Shown: in pieces, positions 10,295-19,990 of the stretch
Layout: each line of letters begins with the position of its first letter
Numbering within the stretch: position 1 is the stretch's first letter
Assembly: GCA_026413325.1 (NCBI GenBank)
Contig: JANZYW010000001.1
Coordinates: forward strand, 1,616 to 65,615
Length of the DNA stretch: 64,000 nucleotides
Source of the DNA: Bacteroidia bacterium
GTDB taxonomy: Bacteria > Bacteroidota > Bacteroidia > SpSt-205
Direction of reading: 5' to 3'
Notes under the pieces: generated by a model
Database searches by the model: none
Told to the model about the DNA's origin: nothing
Seen by the model: the letters and a program-made list of their open reading frames with translations, nothing else
Program-made: the position numbers and the translations under genes

Positions 10295-12274
10295 TTATGG
10301 AACAATCAGATGCTGCCCCTTCGTAAATCCTTCATAAGTAGCCCCCACCATATAGCTACCCGAAGCAAGCGGTACTGGAACGCGCACCTTGCATCCTGTG
10401 GACGGAACGCTACATTTATCTTCCCATATCACTCGCCCCATCAAATCCACGATTCGGAAGTGTACAATGCCTTCTTTGGGAACGCTCACACTGAGGAAAG
10501 GAGCTTCGGTCGCAGGATTCGGGAGGACTTGGAAGTTCCATTGGAGGGACGGAGAAGCAGCCACTGAGCTCGCTTGGGCCAGTTGAGCAACCAGTCCTAC
10601 CGCATAATCGACCCCCTCTAAATCTCGCGCAGGAGACCATATTCCTCCTATCCCTTCTAATGCCCGCCGAGAAATCGGGAAAGAAGCATCTGCCACTACA
10701 ACATTCCCAATTGTACCCGAAGGAGGATGTAAGACCTTGAATCCTACTGCGACACCTTGACCCGCGGAAAGAGTCAAAGGAGAGGACAACGGCACGGTGT
10801 ATCGACGCAAAGTCAGCGTACTACTCTGCCCTTGGAATCGATTGAGGGAGTCCCCATTTGCGAAGTCTACCACATCTATTCCCACTGAGTCAAGCAAGGC
10901 CCCCACCGCACCCGAAGCAGGATCATAGGCATATACCCACAGAGCCAATGGGTAGTTCCCTGCCCCACTATCATCATACAGCATATCCACAGACAGGGCA
11001 CTCACTATGATATCTTGAGGGGCAACGAAAGTCATCCCGTGGGCAAAACCGACTCCTCCATAATCTTCATTCTGGGGGTCCCATACTCCATCATCGAACC
11101 GCAGAAGATAGCGTCCCCGATTCCCACCAGTTGTTAGACTATCACAGATCACCAGCTCCGATACATATTGATTGTTGCCAGCGAAGCCATCTCCCCCTCC
11201 CACGATCGCCACGATGTGATTAGCCCGATAGCTGCCCGTTCTCAAAGAAGTAGGTGTACTCTGATTAGTATTGAACGGTTTAGAATAGGTAGAGACGAAA
11301 GCACCCCCGGAAGGAAAAGGAGGCTGAACGAAAACCGTGTCACGGAAGATATCCGTTACAGCAGAGCCAGGCCCTTGAATACGCAATACTGATCGCACTT
11401 GGTTTGTTATAGATTGATTACCCGTATTAAGAACTCCTGCCTGGAGAATCGGGGCTACCCCATTTTTCAGAACAAAGAGGCCCTCACCTCGATTCGTAAG
11501 CGACCAGTCCGCCTGCACATCCGTGGCAGAACAGGTGAAAGTCCGTGGATGCCAAATCTTGATCGCATAGCTTTGAAAAGGGACAGGCCAAGCAGCCGCT
11601 ATATTCAGCCCCGATTGCCCTGTGATATTTTCTATTCCGACCACGTTGAAGTTTCCATTTGCATATGAGCTATGGTAGCCAGCTGTGATCTCTTTGTATT
11701 GAAAAGTAATGGAGGAGTCCGCCGGGTCGAGGATGATCTGAAAAGAATTCCGTCCACTCCACTCGCCAGGAGCAGAACCGTTCCAATAGGGAACGCTATC
11801 CCAAGTAATGACAAATCGCCCCTGCCCATCTAAACCATAGATGAGCTTTGCACCTGGAACCCCACTCCCTGTATTCGTAGTGAAAGTAAGATCCGATAAA
11901 TATGGCGCCACCCACTCATTCGGTGAAGCTGTACTGGGAAAAGTAGGAAAATAAGGAGAGGGCCCAGATGATACATTGAACCCCCGTCCAAATGTAATGT
12001 ACCCATTTGAGCCTACGTACACTTTGGTATAACTATTCCAGTAATACACAAAAGAAAAGGGCAAGGAAATCGGGCCAGCAAAGTTGTCATCCCCTAAACC
12101 TGACAAAAGCTGCGGGTTGGTAAGCTCCGTCACATCTACCCAATCATACGTAGGGGTGGAATCAACCACACTCGCTAAATGAGTGTACCATCGATAACCG
12201 CAGGCATCCCCTCCTACATTGGCGGGCTGTGCATACAGCAGCCCGCATACAGTTAGTACAAATAGGTACCGCAT
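10295..12274 (-). CDS. Secreted protein with an N-terminal signal peptide and a C-terminal type IX secretion (Por) sorting domain. The N-terminal passenger domain has no function I can assign.
   Basis: Signal peptide MRYLFVLTVCGLLYAQ. The C-terminal ~80 aa (NFQVLPNPATEAPFLSVSVP…FRIVDLMGRVIWEDK…GSYMVGATYEGFTKGQHLIVP) matches the T9SS CTD pattern. An upstream ATG at 12304 is also possible. Confidence 0.7.
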   Translation of the reverse strand: MRYLFVLTVCGLLYAQPANVGGDACGYRWYTHLASVVDSTPTYDWVDVTELTNPQLLSGLGDDNFAGPISLPFSFVYYWNSYTKVYVGSNGYITFGRGFNVSSGPSPYFPTFPSTASPNEWVAPYLSDLTFTTNTGSGVPGAKLIYGLDGQGRFVITWDSVPYWNGSAPGEWSGRNSFQIILDPADSSITFQYKEITAGYHSSYANGNFNVVGIENITGQSGLNIAAAWPVPFQSYAIKIWHPRTFTCSATDVQADWSLTNRGEGLFVLKNGVAPILQAGVLNTGNQSITNQVRSVLRIQGPGSAVTDIFRDTVFVQPPFPSGGAFVSTYSKPFNTNQSTPTSLRTGSYRANHIVAIVGGGDGFAGNNQYVSELVICDSLTTGGNRGRYLLRFDDGVWDPQNEDYGGVGFAHGMTFVAPQDIIVSALSVDMLYDDSGAGNYPLALWVYAYDPASGAVGALLDSVGIDVVDFANGDSLNRFQGQSSTLTLRRYTVPLSSPLTLSAGQGVAVGFKVLHPPSGTIGNVVVADASFPISRRALEGIGGIWSPARDLEGVDYAVGLVAQLAQASSVAASPSLQWNFQVLPNPATEAPFLSVSVPKEGIVHFRIVDLMGRVIWEDKCSVPSTGCKVRVPVPLASGSYMVGATYEGFTKGQHLIVP

Positions 12275-12325
12275 GCAGCAAATATAACTCCTACCGACGA
12301 ACACTTCCCTCTCCTTTCAGATACA

Positions 12326-12333
12326 TACTTTTG
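12326..12333 (+). promoter_or_regulatory. Possible Bacteroidetes sigma-A -7 element (TACTTTTG, consensus TAnnTTTG) about 20 nt upstream of the Trx-NHL gene start, in a divergent intergenic region.
   Basis: Motif found by eye. No convincing -33 TTG partner was identified. Confidence 0.2.
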
Positions 12334-12356
12334 TTTTCTATCTATCTGAGAAACCT

Positions 12357-14255
12357 ATGCTACATCGCCGAGCACCCGAGTTTCCCAAAAACTTCCGCTG
12401 GCTCAATGTAAGCAGGCCTCTTTCCCTTCAAAAAGACCTAAGGGGAAGATTCGTTTTATTAGATTTCTGGACTTACTGCTGCATAAACTGCATTCATGTC
12501 CTCCCAGAACTGAAGAGAATAGAAAAAGAATTTCCCCATCTCGTCGTAATAGGAATACATTCGGCAAAGTTCGAGAATGAGAATGATGAAGAAAATGTCC
12601 GAGCAGCCATCCTTCGATACGATATAGAGCATCCTGTACTTCTGGATGAAGGATACCAGGTCTGGCAGATGTATGATTCCCATGCGTGGCCAACCTTTGT
12701 ACTCATCGGGCCAGAAGGGGAGATTCTGTGGCGCTCCTCGGGAGAAGGAATCTATGATGCGCTGACACCCTTGCTCAGGAAATGGTATGAAGCCCATACC
12801 CCCTCTCAGGCAGATAAGCCCTTGCCTCTTCGCTTAGAAAAACACGTTCGGGCTACGGGTCTCTTAGCCTTCCCGGGGAAGGTGACCGTAGCCTATCGTC
12901 CCTCTCACCCTGGCCCGATTCTGTACTTTACGGATTCAAACCATAATCGCATCGTGGGTACAACGCCGAGTGGTGTGATCCAGGAGATCATTGGAAGCGG
13001 CGATGAAGGATGGCAAGATGGAAAGTATGAAGAGGCTGCATTCTTCCGCCCGCAAGGACTGGCATACAACCCTGCAGAGGATGCTTTGTATGTCGCTGAT
13101 ACAGAAAACCATCTCATTCGTCGGATACGATTATCCGATAGAAGGGTAGAAACCCTCGCAGGCACAGGAAAACAGTCTCGAAGGCTTCTTCGGGAAGGAA
13201 GGGGCACCTCGATTGCGCTCAACTCCCCTTGGGACCTTGCGCTGAGCGGGCATACCCTCTACATCGCCATGGCTGGATCACATCAACTCTGGAAAATGAA
13301 CTTACTGGATGGCTCTCTCCACGTTGTGGCGGGGTCGGGATACGAGAATCTATCCGATGGTCCCTGCCTCCTTGCAGCTCTGGCTCAGCCCTCTGGCCTT
13401 GCACTGGGTCCAAGGGGAGAGCTCTACGTTGCAGATAGTGAGACCTCCTCTATCCGGGTCGTACAAAACGGAACCGTCCACACAATAGTGGGAAAAGGCC
13501 TCTTTGATTTCGGCTATCGAGACGGCTCCTTCGATGAAGCCCTCCTCCAACACCCAATAGGACTGTGCTACCACGAGGAATGCCTGTATGTTGCCGACAC
13601 CTATAACCATTCCATACGCAAAATAGACCTCCGTCAGAAGAAAGTCACTACCCTGATCGGGGCGGGGAAAAGAGGCTATCAGGACGGTCCCGCTCAAGAA
13701 GCGCTTCTAAATGAACCCAATGATCTCCTTTGGGTAAAAGATTCTCTATATATCGTGGATACAAATAACCATCTCCTGCGAAGGTTTGATCCACATACTG
13801 GCTTTGTTTCTACCTTGGAACTGTATCCTGTGGATAAAATAGCGGTGCCTCGTGCTCGCACACAAAGTCTGTTTACCAGGAGCGTCCCTCTTCCACCCAC
13901 TTCGGTCCCGCTAAGGAAGCCTTTCCGCATCGAGGTTAACCTCCCCTTCGGTTATGTCCTCAATACGGAGGCGCCATCAGGTATATCCCTTTCTGAGAAG
14001 CGCTATCCCCTCGGGGAGGAGCTCCCCCCTCTCGAAAAGCCTACTGAAATCTCCCTCGAAGTGTATGTGTGTAAGGGGAAGGCTTCCTTCGCACAATGTC
14101 TTTTCTGGTGCTATCAACTCATCTTGGTCCCAGAAAGTACCGCTTCTTCGGTGGTTTCTCTCACCCTGCCTCCGCTGGAAAAGGAAGGTATATCCTCTGA
14201 ATCGGAAGTATACCCATATTCTGAAGAAAAGCAGAACTGGAGGTCACCCAGTTAG
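12357..14255 (+). CDS. Thioredoxin-like (redoxin, CxxC) domain fused to NHL-repeat beta-propeller protein (NHLRC2-like architecture).
   Basis: Trx fold with FVLLDFWTYCCINCIHVLPEL. At least six NHL-type repeats follow (YFTDSNHNRIVG, LYVADTENHLIRRI, LYIAMAGSHQLWKM, LYVADSETSSIRVV, LYVADTYNHSIRKI, LYIVDTNNHLLRRF). Confidence 0.75.
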   Translation: MLHRRAPEFPKNFRWLNVSRPLSLQKDLRGRFVLLDFWTYCCINCIHVLPELKRIEKEFPHLVVIGIHSAKFENENDEENVRAAILRYDIEHPVLLDEGYQVWQMYDSHAWPTFVLIGPEGEILWRSSGEGIYDALTPLLRKWYEAHTPSQADKPLPLRLEKHVRATGLLAFPGKVTVAYRPSHPGPILYFTDSNHNRIVGTTPSGVIQEIIGSGDEGWQDGKYEEAAFFRPQGLAYNPAEDALYVADTENHLIRRIRLSDRRVETLAGTGKQSRRLLREGRGTSIALNSPWDLALSGHTLYIAMAGSHQLWKMNLLDGSLHVVAGSGYENLSDGPCLLAALAQPSGLALGPRGELYVADSETSSIRVVQNGTVHTIVGKGLFDFGYRDGSFDEALLQHPIGLCYHEECLYVADTYNHSIRKIDLRQKKVTTLIGAGKRGYQDGPAQEALLNEPNDLLWVKDSLYIVDTNNHLLRRFDPHTGFVSTLELYPVDKIAVPRARTQSLFTRSVPLPPTSVPLRKPFRIEVNLPFGYVLNTEAPSGISLSEKRYPLGEELPPLEKPTEISLEVYVCKGKASFAQCLFWCYQLILVPESTASSVVSLTLPPLEKEGISSESEVYPYSEEKQNWRSPS

Positions 14256-14328
14256 CTAAAGTTACCTACCTTTAAGGGGGCGAGAGCCGTCAGGGCCTTG
14301 CCGCAGGTGCGACTCCTGCGCTCGCCAC

Positions 14329-15348
14329 ATGACGACACTGACCGTGGAGGAGCTTGTAGGGCTACTAAGCCGAAAGGAGCTGCTTCAGGTCGCTCGAGAA
14401 GGTCGAGAAGTAGGGCTCTTCCGTCCTACTTACCCTCTCAATCACTATGACACAGCAGGGCTTCGTCGTATCCTCCGTCGACATATAGAGCGCCTGGCAC
14501 GGCTGCCCTCCGTGCAAGAACTGCTTCAACGCTACAGTCGCAGGGGGAAAGAACGCCTCTCTCCTTTCCCCGCTCCACAGCTCCCCCCTCTTTCAGTCTT
14601 GATAGAACAACTCTTCCCTGAAGTATGGGGAATGGAAGTAGAAAAGGAAAACCTCGTAGAATGGATATATCTCCCCCTGGCAGCTCCGAAAGAAGCGAGC
14701 AGATATGGGGTTTCCTCCTCGCCCTCGCTCCTCGTAGAAGGAGCCCCTGGTAACGGGAAAAGCTATCTCATCCGACGATTTGCTCGGGCCAGTGGATTTG
14801 CCCATCGGATCATTCACACCCCCGCTTTAGCGAACAAATGGTACGGAGAAACGGAAAGGCGCCTGAGAGCAGTGATCCAACATGCGCTTAGAAAATCTCC
14901 TTCCCTCCTCATATTTGAGGAAATAGACGCTATTTTCCCCGACCGAGAAAAAAATTTGGAATGGCTAAATGGTCCTACTCTCCAGTTTCTCCTTCTCTTG
15001 GATGAGATCAAAGAAAGAGGCGGAGTAGCCGTGATCGGTATCACCAATCGAGCGCAACGACTGGAGCCAGCCCTAATACGACACGGGCGCTTTGACCGCA
15101 GACTATATATTCCGCCTCCCGACTATACCGAACGGCTTCTTTTCCTCACTCACATGTCTCGTCCTCTTCCCTGTTCTCCTGACATCCGATGGGAGGAGTG
15201 GGCTGAAGTTACAGCAGGCTACACCCGAGCCGATCTCACCCATCTACTCCAGGAGGCAGGTTTTCGAGCTTTCCTACGCCACTGTCGAGATGGGACCCCT
15301 CAGCTCATCACCGAAGAGGACCTCCACTGTGCCCTTAGATCCGGGTAG
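14329..15348 (+). CDS. Stand-alone single-domain AAA+ ATPase (classic AAA clade) with a unique N-terminal region of about 130 aa.
   Basis: Walker A EGAPGNGKSY. Walker B LLIFEEIDAIF. Second region of homology and arginine finger ITNRAQRLEPALIRHGRFDRRLYIPPPD. Confidence 0.8.
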   Translation: MTTLTVEELVGLLSRKELLQVAREGREVGLFRPTYPLNHYDTAGLRRILRRHIERLARLPSVQELLQRYSRRGKERLSPFPAPQLPPLSVLIEQLFPEVWGMEVEKENLVEWIYLPLAAPKEASRYGVSSSPSLLVEGAPGNGKSYLIRRFARASGFAHRIIHTPALANKWYGETERRLRAVIQHALRKSPSLLIFEEIDAIFPDREKNLEWLNGPTLQFLLLLDEIKERGGVAVIGITNRAQRLEPALIRHGRFDRRLYIPPPDYTERLLFLTHMSRPLPCSPDIRWEEWAEVTAGYTRADLTHLLQEAGFRAFLRHCRDGTPQLITEEDLHCALRSG

Positions 15349-16360
15349 GTAAATTAGGGAACTTTATGGTGTAAGGCTCGATACTGGGGGGTTTTTGATT
15401 TTGGGCGTTCATCTGCATGATAGCTCGCACGGCATCCACTGAGAGACACACTTGTCCTCCCTCCCCTACCTTTTCAAACCAGAGCCTTTCTAAAAGGATC
15501 TCAGTGCGCAGATAACGCCATTCACCCTCGTCTGTATAGAGATATTTGACCTTAGGTATGCGAGAAAGAGCGTTCTTATACGCATCTAACTCATAATTCA
15601 AGCAACATTTAAGCTTTCCACACAGGCCTGTTATTTTAGTACTATTGAGCGAGAGTCCCTGGTATCGGGCTGCTTCGGTACCGACGGTAGGGAGGGACAC
15701 CATCCAACTGGAACAGCATAGCTCCCTTCCACAAGGTCCGATCCCGCCCAATCGAGCCGTATCCTCTCGAGCGCTGATTTGACGCATTTCCGGTCTGACT
15801 CGGAAGGTATCAGCGATGCAGCGTATCAACTCTCGGAAATCTACCCTCCCCTCTGCCGTAAAGTAGCAAATTAGGGTGCGGCTGTCAGCGGTAAGCTCTA
15901 CATCTGTGACCTTCATCTGATGGGCAGACCCCAAACCCAGCTCTTCTACCAAGCGCCGGACCCCTCGAAGCAGCTCAGGCTCTCGCAGACGCACTCCAGA
16001 AAGGGCCGCCAAATCTGCCTCTGAAGCCCGTCGAATCACCTTTTGTGCGGGTTCTACCGAGAGTTTCAGGGATTTCAAACGCGCATATGCCAAGTGCCCC
16101 GTAAGTTGAACGCACCCCACATCATACCCACGACCAATCTGGGGGGCACTTTCAGCACTGCGACGAACGATCTCTGGTACGACCACCCACTCCCCTGTGG
16201 CAAGTAAGGGATCCAACTCGGTCCAGAACAGCTCCCGTCGATTTCCCTTGAACCGAACCTCTACTAAGGGCGGCGCCTCACGTGAAGGTCGAACCCCCTC
16301 CAACCAGTCTCCCACAAAAAGACTGTTGTGACACCCACTACACCCGCCTTGACACCCCAT
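15335..16360 (-). CDS. PSP1 C-terminal domain protein (RicT/YaaT-like).
   Basis: Conserved Cys motifs GIGPCGRELCCSSW and GLCGKLKCCLNYE lie in a PSP1-type core. The ORF is open up to 16489 and overlaps the gltX 3' end; the ATG at 16360 was chosen as the more plausible start. The stop overlaps the stop of the convergent AAA gene by 14 nt. Confidence 0.65.
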   Translation of the reverse strand: MGCQGGCSGCHNSLFVGDWLEGVRPSREAPPLVEVRFKGNRRELFWTELDPLLATGEWVVVPEIVRRSAESAPQIGRGYDVGCVQLTGHLAYARLKSLKLSVEPAQKVIRRASEADLAALSGVRLREPELLRGVRRLVEELGLGSAHQMKVTDVELTADSRTLICYFTAEGRVDFRELIRCIADTFRVRPEMRQISAREDTARLGGIGPCGRELCCSSWMVSLPTVGTEAARYQGLSLNSTKITGLCGKLKCCLNYELDAYKNALSRIPKVKYLYTDEGEWRYLRTEILLERLWFEKVGEGGQVCLSVDAVRAIMQMNAQNQKPPSIEPYTIKFPNLPTRI

Positions 16361-17861
16361 AGACACTAATGAAGGCTTCCAGTCGGCGTTCAACCTCTTC
16401 TTTCCCCAAAACAGCCCAGATTGCATAGAGAGAAGGGCCCGCTTCCTGACCAGTCGAGACCAACCGAATCGTAGGAAGCAGCTTCCCAACCCCCATCCCC
16501 TGTGACTTTGCCCATTCTTTCAGCCACCCCTCCAGTGCAGCGGACTCCCAGACAGACAGCTGTCGAATCTCCGCTAAGAAATCGGGGAGTTTTTCAATCA
16601 ATATAGGATTAAGCTTGGCTTCAAGCGCCTCTGGCAGGGGCAGAGAAGGACGCATGTAAAAAAAGCGAACTGCCTCCAGGATTTCGGGCAGAAGGGTCGC
16701 TCTTTCCCTTGCAAGATCGATGAGCTGGCTCAGTTTATCGTCCGATATCGAGGGAAGCGCTCGCTCTTCCCACAGCTGTCGAACCAGCGGCAGTAATCGC
16801 TCTACTGGGAGGCGGCGCAGATGCTGTTGATTGATCCAGCGAGCCTTCTCATAGTCGAACCGAGCACCTGCTTTGCTGACGCGATCTAATGAAAATCTGG
16901 CTACCAGTTCTTCGAGAGTAAAAACCTCTTGTTCTCCCCCAGGGTGCCAACCAAGGAGGGCTAAATAATTGATAACCCCTTCTGGTAAGAAGCCTCGCTC
17001 TCGATACCCGAGAGAGACTTCTCCAGTGTGGGGGTCTTGCCACCGAAGAGGGAAAACGGGAAAACCTAACCTGTCCCCATCTCTTTTGCTAAGTTTCCCT
17101 CCTCCATCCGGTCGCAAAAGCAGAGGAAGATGGGCGAACTTCGGCATTTCCCAACCGAACGCCTCATACAAAAGTACGTGAAGGGGGGTCGAAGAAAGCC
17201 ACTCCTCCCCACGGATCACATGTGTAATCCCCATAAGGTGATCGTCCACCACATTCGCTAAGTGATAGGTGGGCATCCCATCGCTCTTCAGGAGAACCTT
17301 ATCATCTAACTCACGAGTGTGAAAGCTTACCCACCCCCGTATCTCATCAAAAAATCGCACCTCTCGCCCCCTCGGCATTAGAAAGCGAACGACATACGGC
17401 TCCGAACGCAGACGAGAACGCACTTCATCCGGAGGCAGGGTAAGGCTATTTTTCATGTAAGAGCGAGTGACTGCATTGTACTGGGGGGCTACCATACCAG
17501 CAGCCTCGAAGCGACTGCGCATCTCTTCTAACTCTTGTTCTGTATCGAAGGCATAGTAAGCTGCGCCTCGCTCGACCAAAAGGTGCGCATAGTCCGCATA
17601 GAGCTCCTTTCGCTCACTCTGGCGATAAGGCGCATGCGGACCTCCTACGTGGGGCCCCTCATCAAACTCAATCCCACACCAGGAAAGAGAGTCTATAATA
17701 TATGCCTCCGCACCAGGAACATACCGACTCTGATCCGTGTCTTCTATCCGCAAGATAAACTGGCCTCCCTTTTGTCTCGCAAGAAGAAAGTTATACAATG
17801 CAGTTCGCACTCCCCCAATATGCAAAGGCCCAGTGGGGCTGGGCGCAAATCGGACCCTCAT
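16338..17861 (-). CDS. gltX: Glutamyl-tRNA synthetase.
   Basis: Class I HIGH motif (PSPTGPLHIGGVRTALYN) and KMSKS-type KLSKRDG. Length 507 aa. Confidence 0.9.
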   Translation of the reverse strand: MRVRFAPSPTGPLHIGGVRTALYNFLLARQKGGQFILRIEDTDQSRYVPGAEAYIIDSLSWCGIEFDEGPHVGGPHAPYRQSERKELYADYAHLLVERGAAYYAFDTEQELEEMRSRFEAAGMVAPQYNAVTRSYMKNSLTLPPDEVRSRLRSEPYVVRFLMPRGREVRFFDEIRGWVSFHTRELDDKVLLKSDGMPTYHLANVVDDHLMGITHVIRGEEWLSSTPLHVLLYEAFGWEMPKFAHLPLLLRPDGGGKLSKRDGDRLGFPVFPLRWQDPHTGEVSLGYRERGFLPEGVINYLALLGWHPGGEQEVFTLEELVARFSLDRVSKAGARFDYEKARWINQQHLRRLPVERLLPLVRQLWEERALPSISDDKLSQLIDLARERATLLPEILEAVRFFYMRPSLPLPEALEAKLNPILIEKLPDFLAEIRQLSVWESAALEGWLKEWAKSQGMGVGKLLPTIRLVSTGQEAGPSLYAIWAVLGKEEVERRLEAFISVYGVSRRV

Positions 17862-17867
17862 CCTTTC

Positions 17868-18605
17868 TTATACTTCAGTAGGGGAAGAGGTCGTTTGCGC
17901 TAAAAGCTGCGCCAGATCTATCGTCTCTCCTATCTCTAAAAGATGAAGATGAACATCATTCTCTGAAAAGGCAGCTTGTGCCTTGGCTTTATCTATCTCG
18001 ATAGGAGGGAAGGTGTCGTAATGCATACCGATCACGTGGCTCACATCTAAGAGAAGCGCTGCCTCCACTGCATCTTCTATGTCCATGGTAAAAGTCCCAC
18101 CGATGGGGAGAAAGGCGAGGTCCAGCGCGTACCGCTCAGCCACTAACTCCATTTCTAATGTAAGAGCGGTGTCTCCTGCATAATATAAAGTGTGCTTCCC
18201 ATCCGAAAAAACAAAACCGACAGGAACCCCTCCATAGGCGCCTCCGGGGAAGCTGCTGGTGTGGACGGCAGGCACAAGCTTAACCCATAAATCACTTCCT
18301 TGTCGAGGAGAACGCCATGTACCCCCTACATTCATAGGATGGGTTCTACATTTTTTCTCTTCAAAGTGAGCATGAATCTCCCAGACTCCGATGATGGGGG
18401 CATCCGCTTGTTTAGCTATTACCTCCGCATCCGCAATATGGTCAAAGTGCGCATGCGATAGGAATATATAATCGGGTCGCAGGTCTGCTACAGCGACTTT
18501 GCCTTTAGCCCGCTCGTTAGGAGAAATAAAAGGGTCAAAAAGTATTTTCTCCCCTCCATGGCTGGAGACCAGGAAACAGGAGTGCCCCAAGTATTGGATG
18601 CGCAT
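17868..18605 (-). CDS. MBL-fold metallo-hydrolase.
   Basis: HxHxDH metal-binding motif (FLSHAHFDHIAD), about 245 aa. Confidence 0.75.
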   Translation of the reverse strand: MRIQYLGHSCFLVSSHGGEKILFDPFISPNERAKGKVAVADLRPDYIFLSHAHFDHIADAEVIAKQADAPIIGVWEIHAHFEEKKCRTHPMNVGGTWRSPRQGSDLWVKLVPAVHTSSFPGGAYGGVPVGFVFSDGKHTLYYAGDTALTLEMELVAERYALDLAFLPIGGTFTMDIEDAVEAALLLDVSHVIGMHYDTFPPIEIDKAKAQAAFSENDVHLHLLEIGETIDLAQLLAQTTSSPTEV

Positions 18606-18685
18606 GTAACAAAGGTAGATAAATCATCGCTTGTATAGAAAAGCACCTTCCCAACTCATTTTCTATGATATACTACCTTTGCCGT

Positions 18686-19990
18686 ATGAGCCGCAGAAAA
18701 GGAGATCAACTACCCGTAGCTGAACCTTCTTCTACTTCCAGCCTCCACTCTGACCCCTATGCATCCATGCTCAGCCGCTTTCATGCAGCTGCTGAAAGAT
18801 TGGGCATATCCACAGACGAAATACAGATTCTGAGTCGACCTGCAGAGATACATATCGCCTATCTCCCTGTGGCCATGGATGATGGGAGTATTAAGGTATT
18901 TGAGGCCTATCGAGTGATCCACTCTCGCGCATTAGGACCCGGCAAAGGTGGCATACGATATGCCCCAGAAGTCAATATGCGAGAAGTCATGGCCTTAGCC
19001 GCCTGGATGACGTGGAAATGCGCTGTGGTAAATATCCCATACGGAGGAGCAAAAGGAGGGATCACCTGCGAACCCAAAAAGATGTCTACAGGAGAACTCG
19101 AAAGACTCACCCGTGCATACACCCGCGCAATGTCAGAAGTCTTCGGCCCCGACAAAGACATCCCCGCTCCCGATATGGGAACAAGTGCCAGGGAAATGGC
19201 CTGGATCGTCGATGAGTACTCTCGCCTTCATGGAGGCAACTTTATCCCAGCAGTAGTGACTGGCAAGCCGCTGGAACTGGGCGGCTCCAAAGGACGCGTC
19301 GAAGCAACGGGAAGAGGCGTCACCACTGTCATCCTCCAGGCCCTACAACGCATGGGACGGCGCCCCGAAGGTCTGACGGCTGCCGTTCAGGGGTTCGGGA
19401 ATGTAGGCTCCATCACCGCAAAATATCTCTCCCAAAATGGTATCCGAGTCGTAGCCATCTCCGACAAAACCGGTGGATACTACAATGAAGGGGGCATCCT
19501 CATCCATCAAGCGATCCAATATCGAGATACCCACAGTGGGGTTTTAGATGGCTTCAAAGGAGGAGAACCTATCACGAACGATCAGCTGCTTACCCTGGAT
19601 GTCGATATTCTCGTCCCTGCCGCATTAGAAGACCAGATCACCCCGCACAACGCCGCAAATGTAAAAGCATGGCTCATAGCAGAAGGGGCAAACGGCCCTA
19701 CCATGGCGGAAGCCGATTCTATCCTCAATGAAAAAGGCGTAACCGTTATACCCGATATCCTCGCTAATGCAGGAGGGGTAATCGTTTCCTATTATGAATG
19801 GGTTCAAAATCGAAGAGGGCACTACTACACCGAAAGCGAGGTGCAAGAACGAGCCGACAATACCATCAAGCAAGCCTTCGATGATGTCTTTACCCGAGCT
19901 GCCGCTCAAAAAGTATCCCTAAGAGAGGCCGCCTATCTCATCGCAGTAGAAAAGGCAGCCCGAGCCCTCCGCATGCATGGAAAATACTAA
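18686..19990 (+). CDS. gdhA: NAD(P)-dependent glutamate dehydrogenase (Glu/Leu/Phe/Val dehydrogenase family).
   Basis: Catalytic Lys region GPGKGGIRYAPEV and NIPYGGAKGGI. Rossmann motif QGFGNVGS. Alignable by eye along RocG/GdhA. Start chosen at MSRRKGD; the ORF is open from 18665. Confidence 0.85.
   Translation: MSRRKGDQLPVAEPSSTSSLHSDPYASMLSRFHAAAERLGISTDEIQILSRPAEIHIAYLPVAMDDGSIKVFEAYRVIHSRALGPGKGGIRYAPEVNMREVMALAAWMTWKCAVVNIPYGGAKGGITCEPKKMSTGELERLTRAYTRAMSEVFGPDKDIPAPDMGTSAREMAWIVDEYSRLHGGNFIPAVVTGKPLELGGSKGRVEATGRGVTTVILQALQRMGRRPEGLTAAVQGFGNVGSITAKYLSQNGIRVVAISDKTGGYYNEGGILIHQAIQYRDTHSGVLDGFKGGEPITNDQLLTLDVDILVPAALEDQITPHNAANVKAWLIAEGANGPTMAEADSILNEKGVTVIPDILANAGGVIVSYYEWVQNRRGHYYTESEVQERADNTIKQAFDDVFTRAAAQKVSLREAAYLIAVEKAARALRMHGKY

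Noticed and set aside
18674-18681. TACCTTTG as a -7 promoter element for gdh.
   Set aside because: It lies only 5 nt upstream of the chosen ATG (18686). That is too close unless the mRNA is leaderless, and it is within the longer alternative ORF. It was left out of the features.
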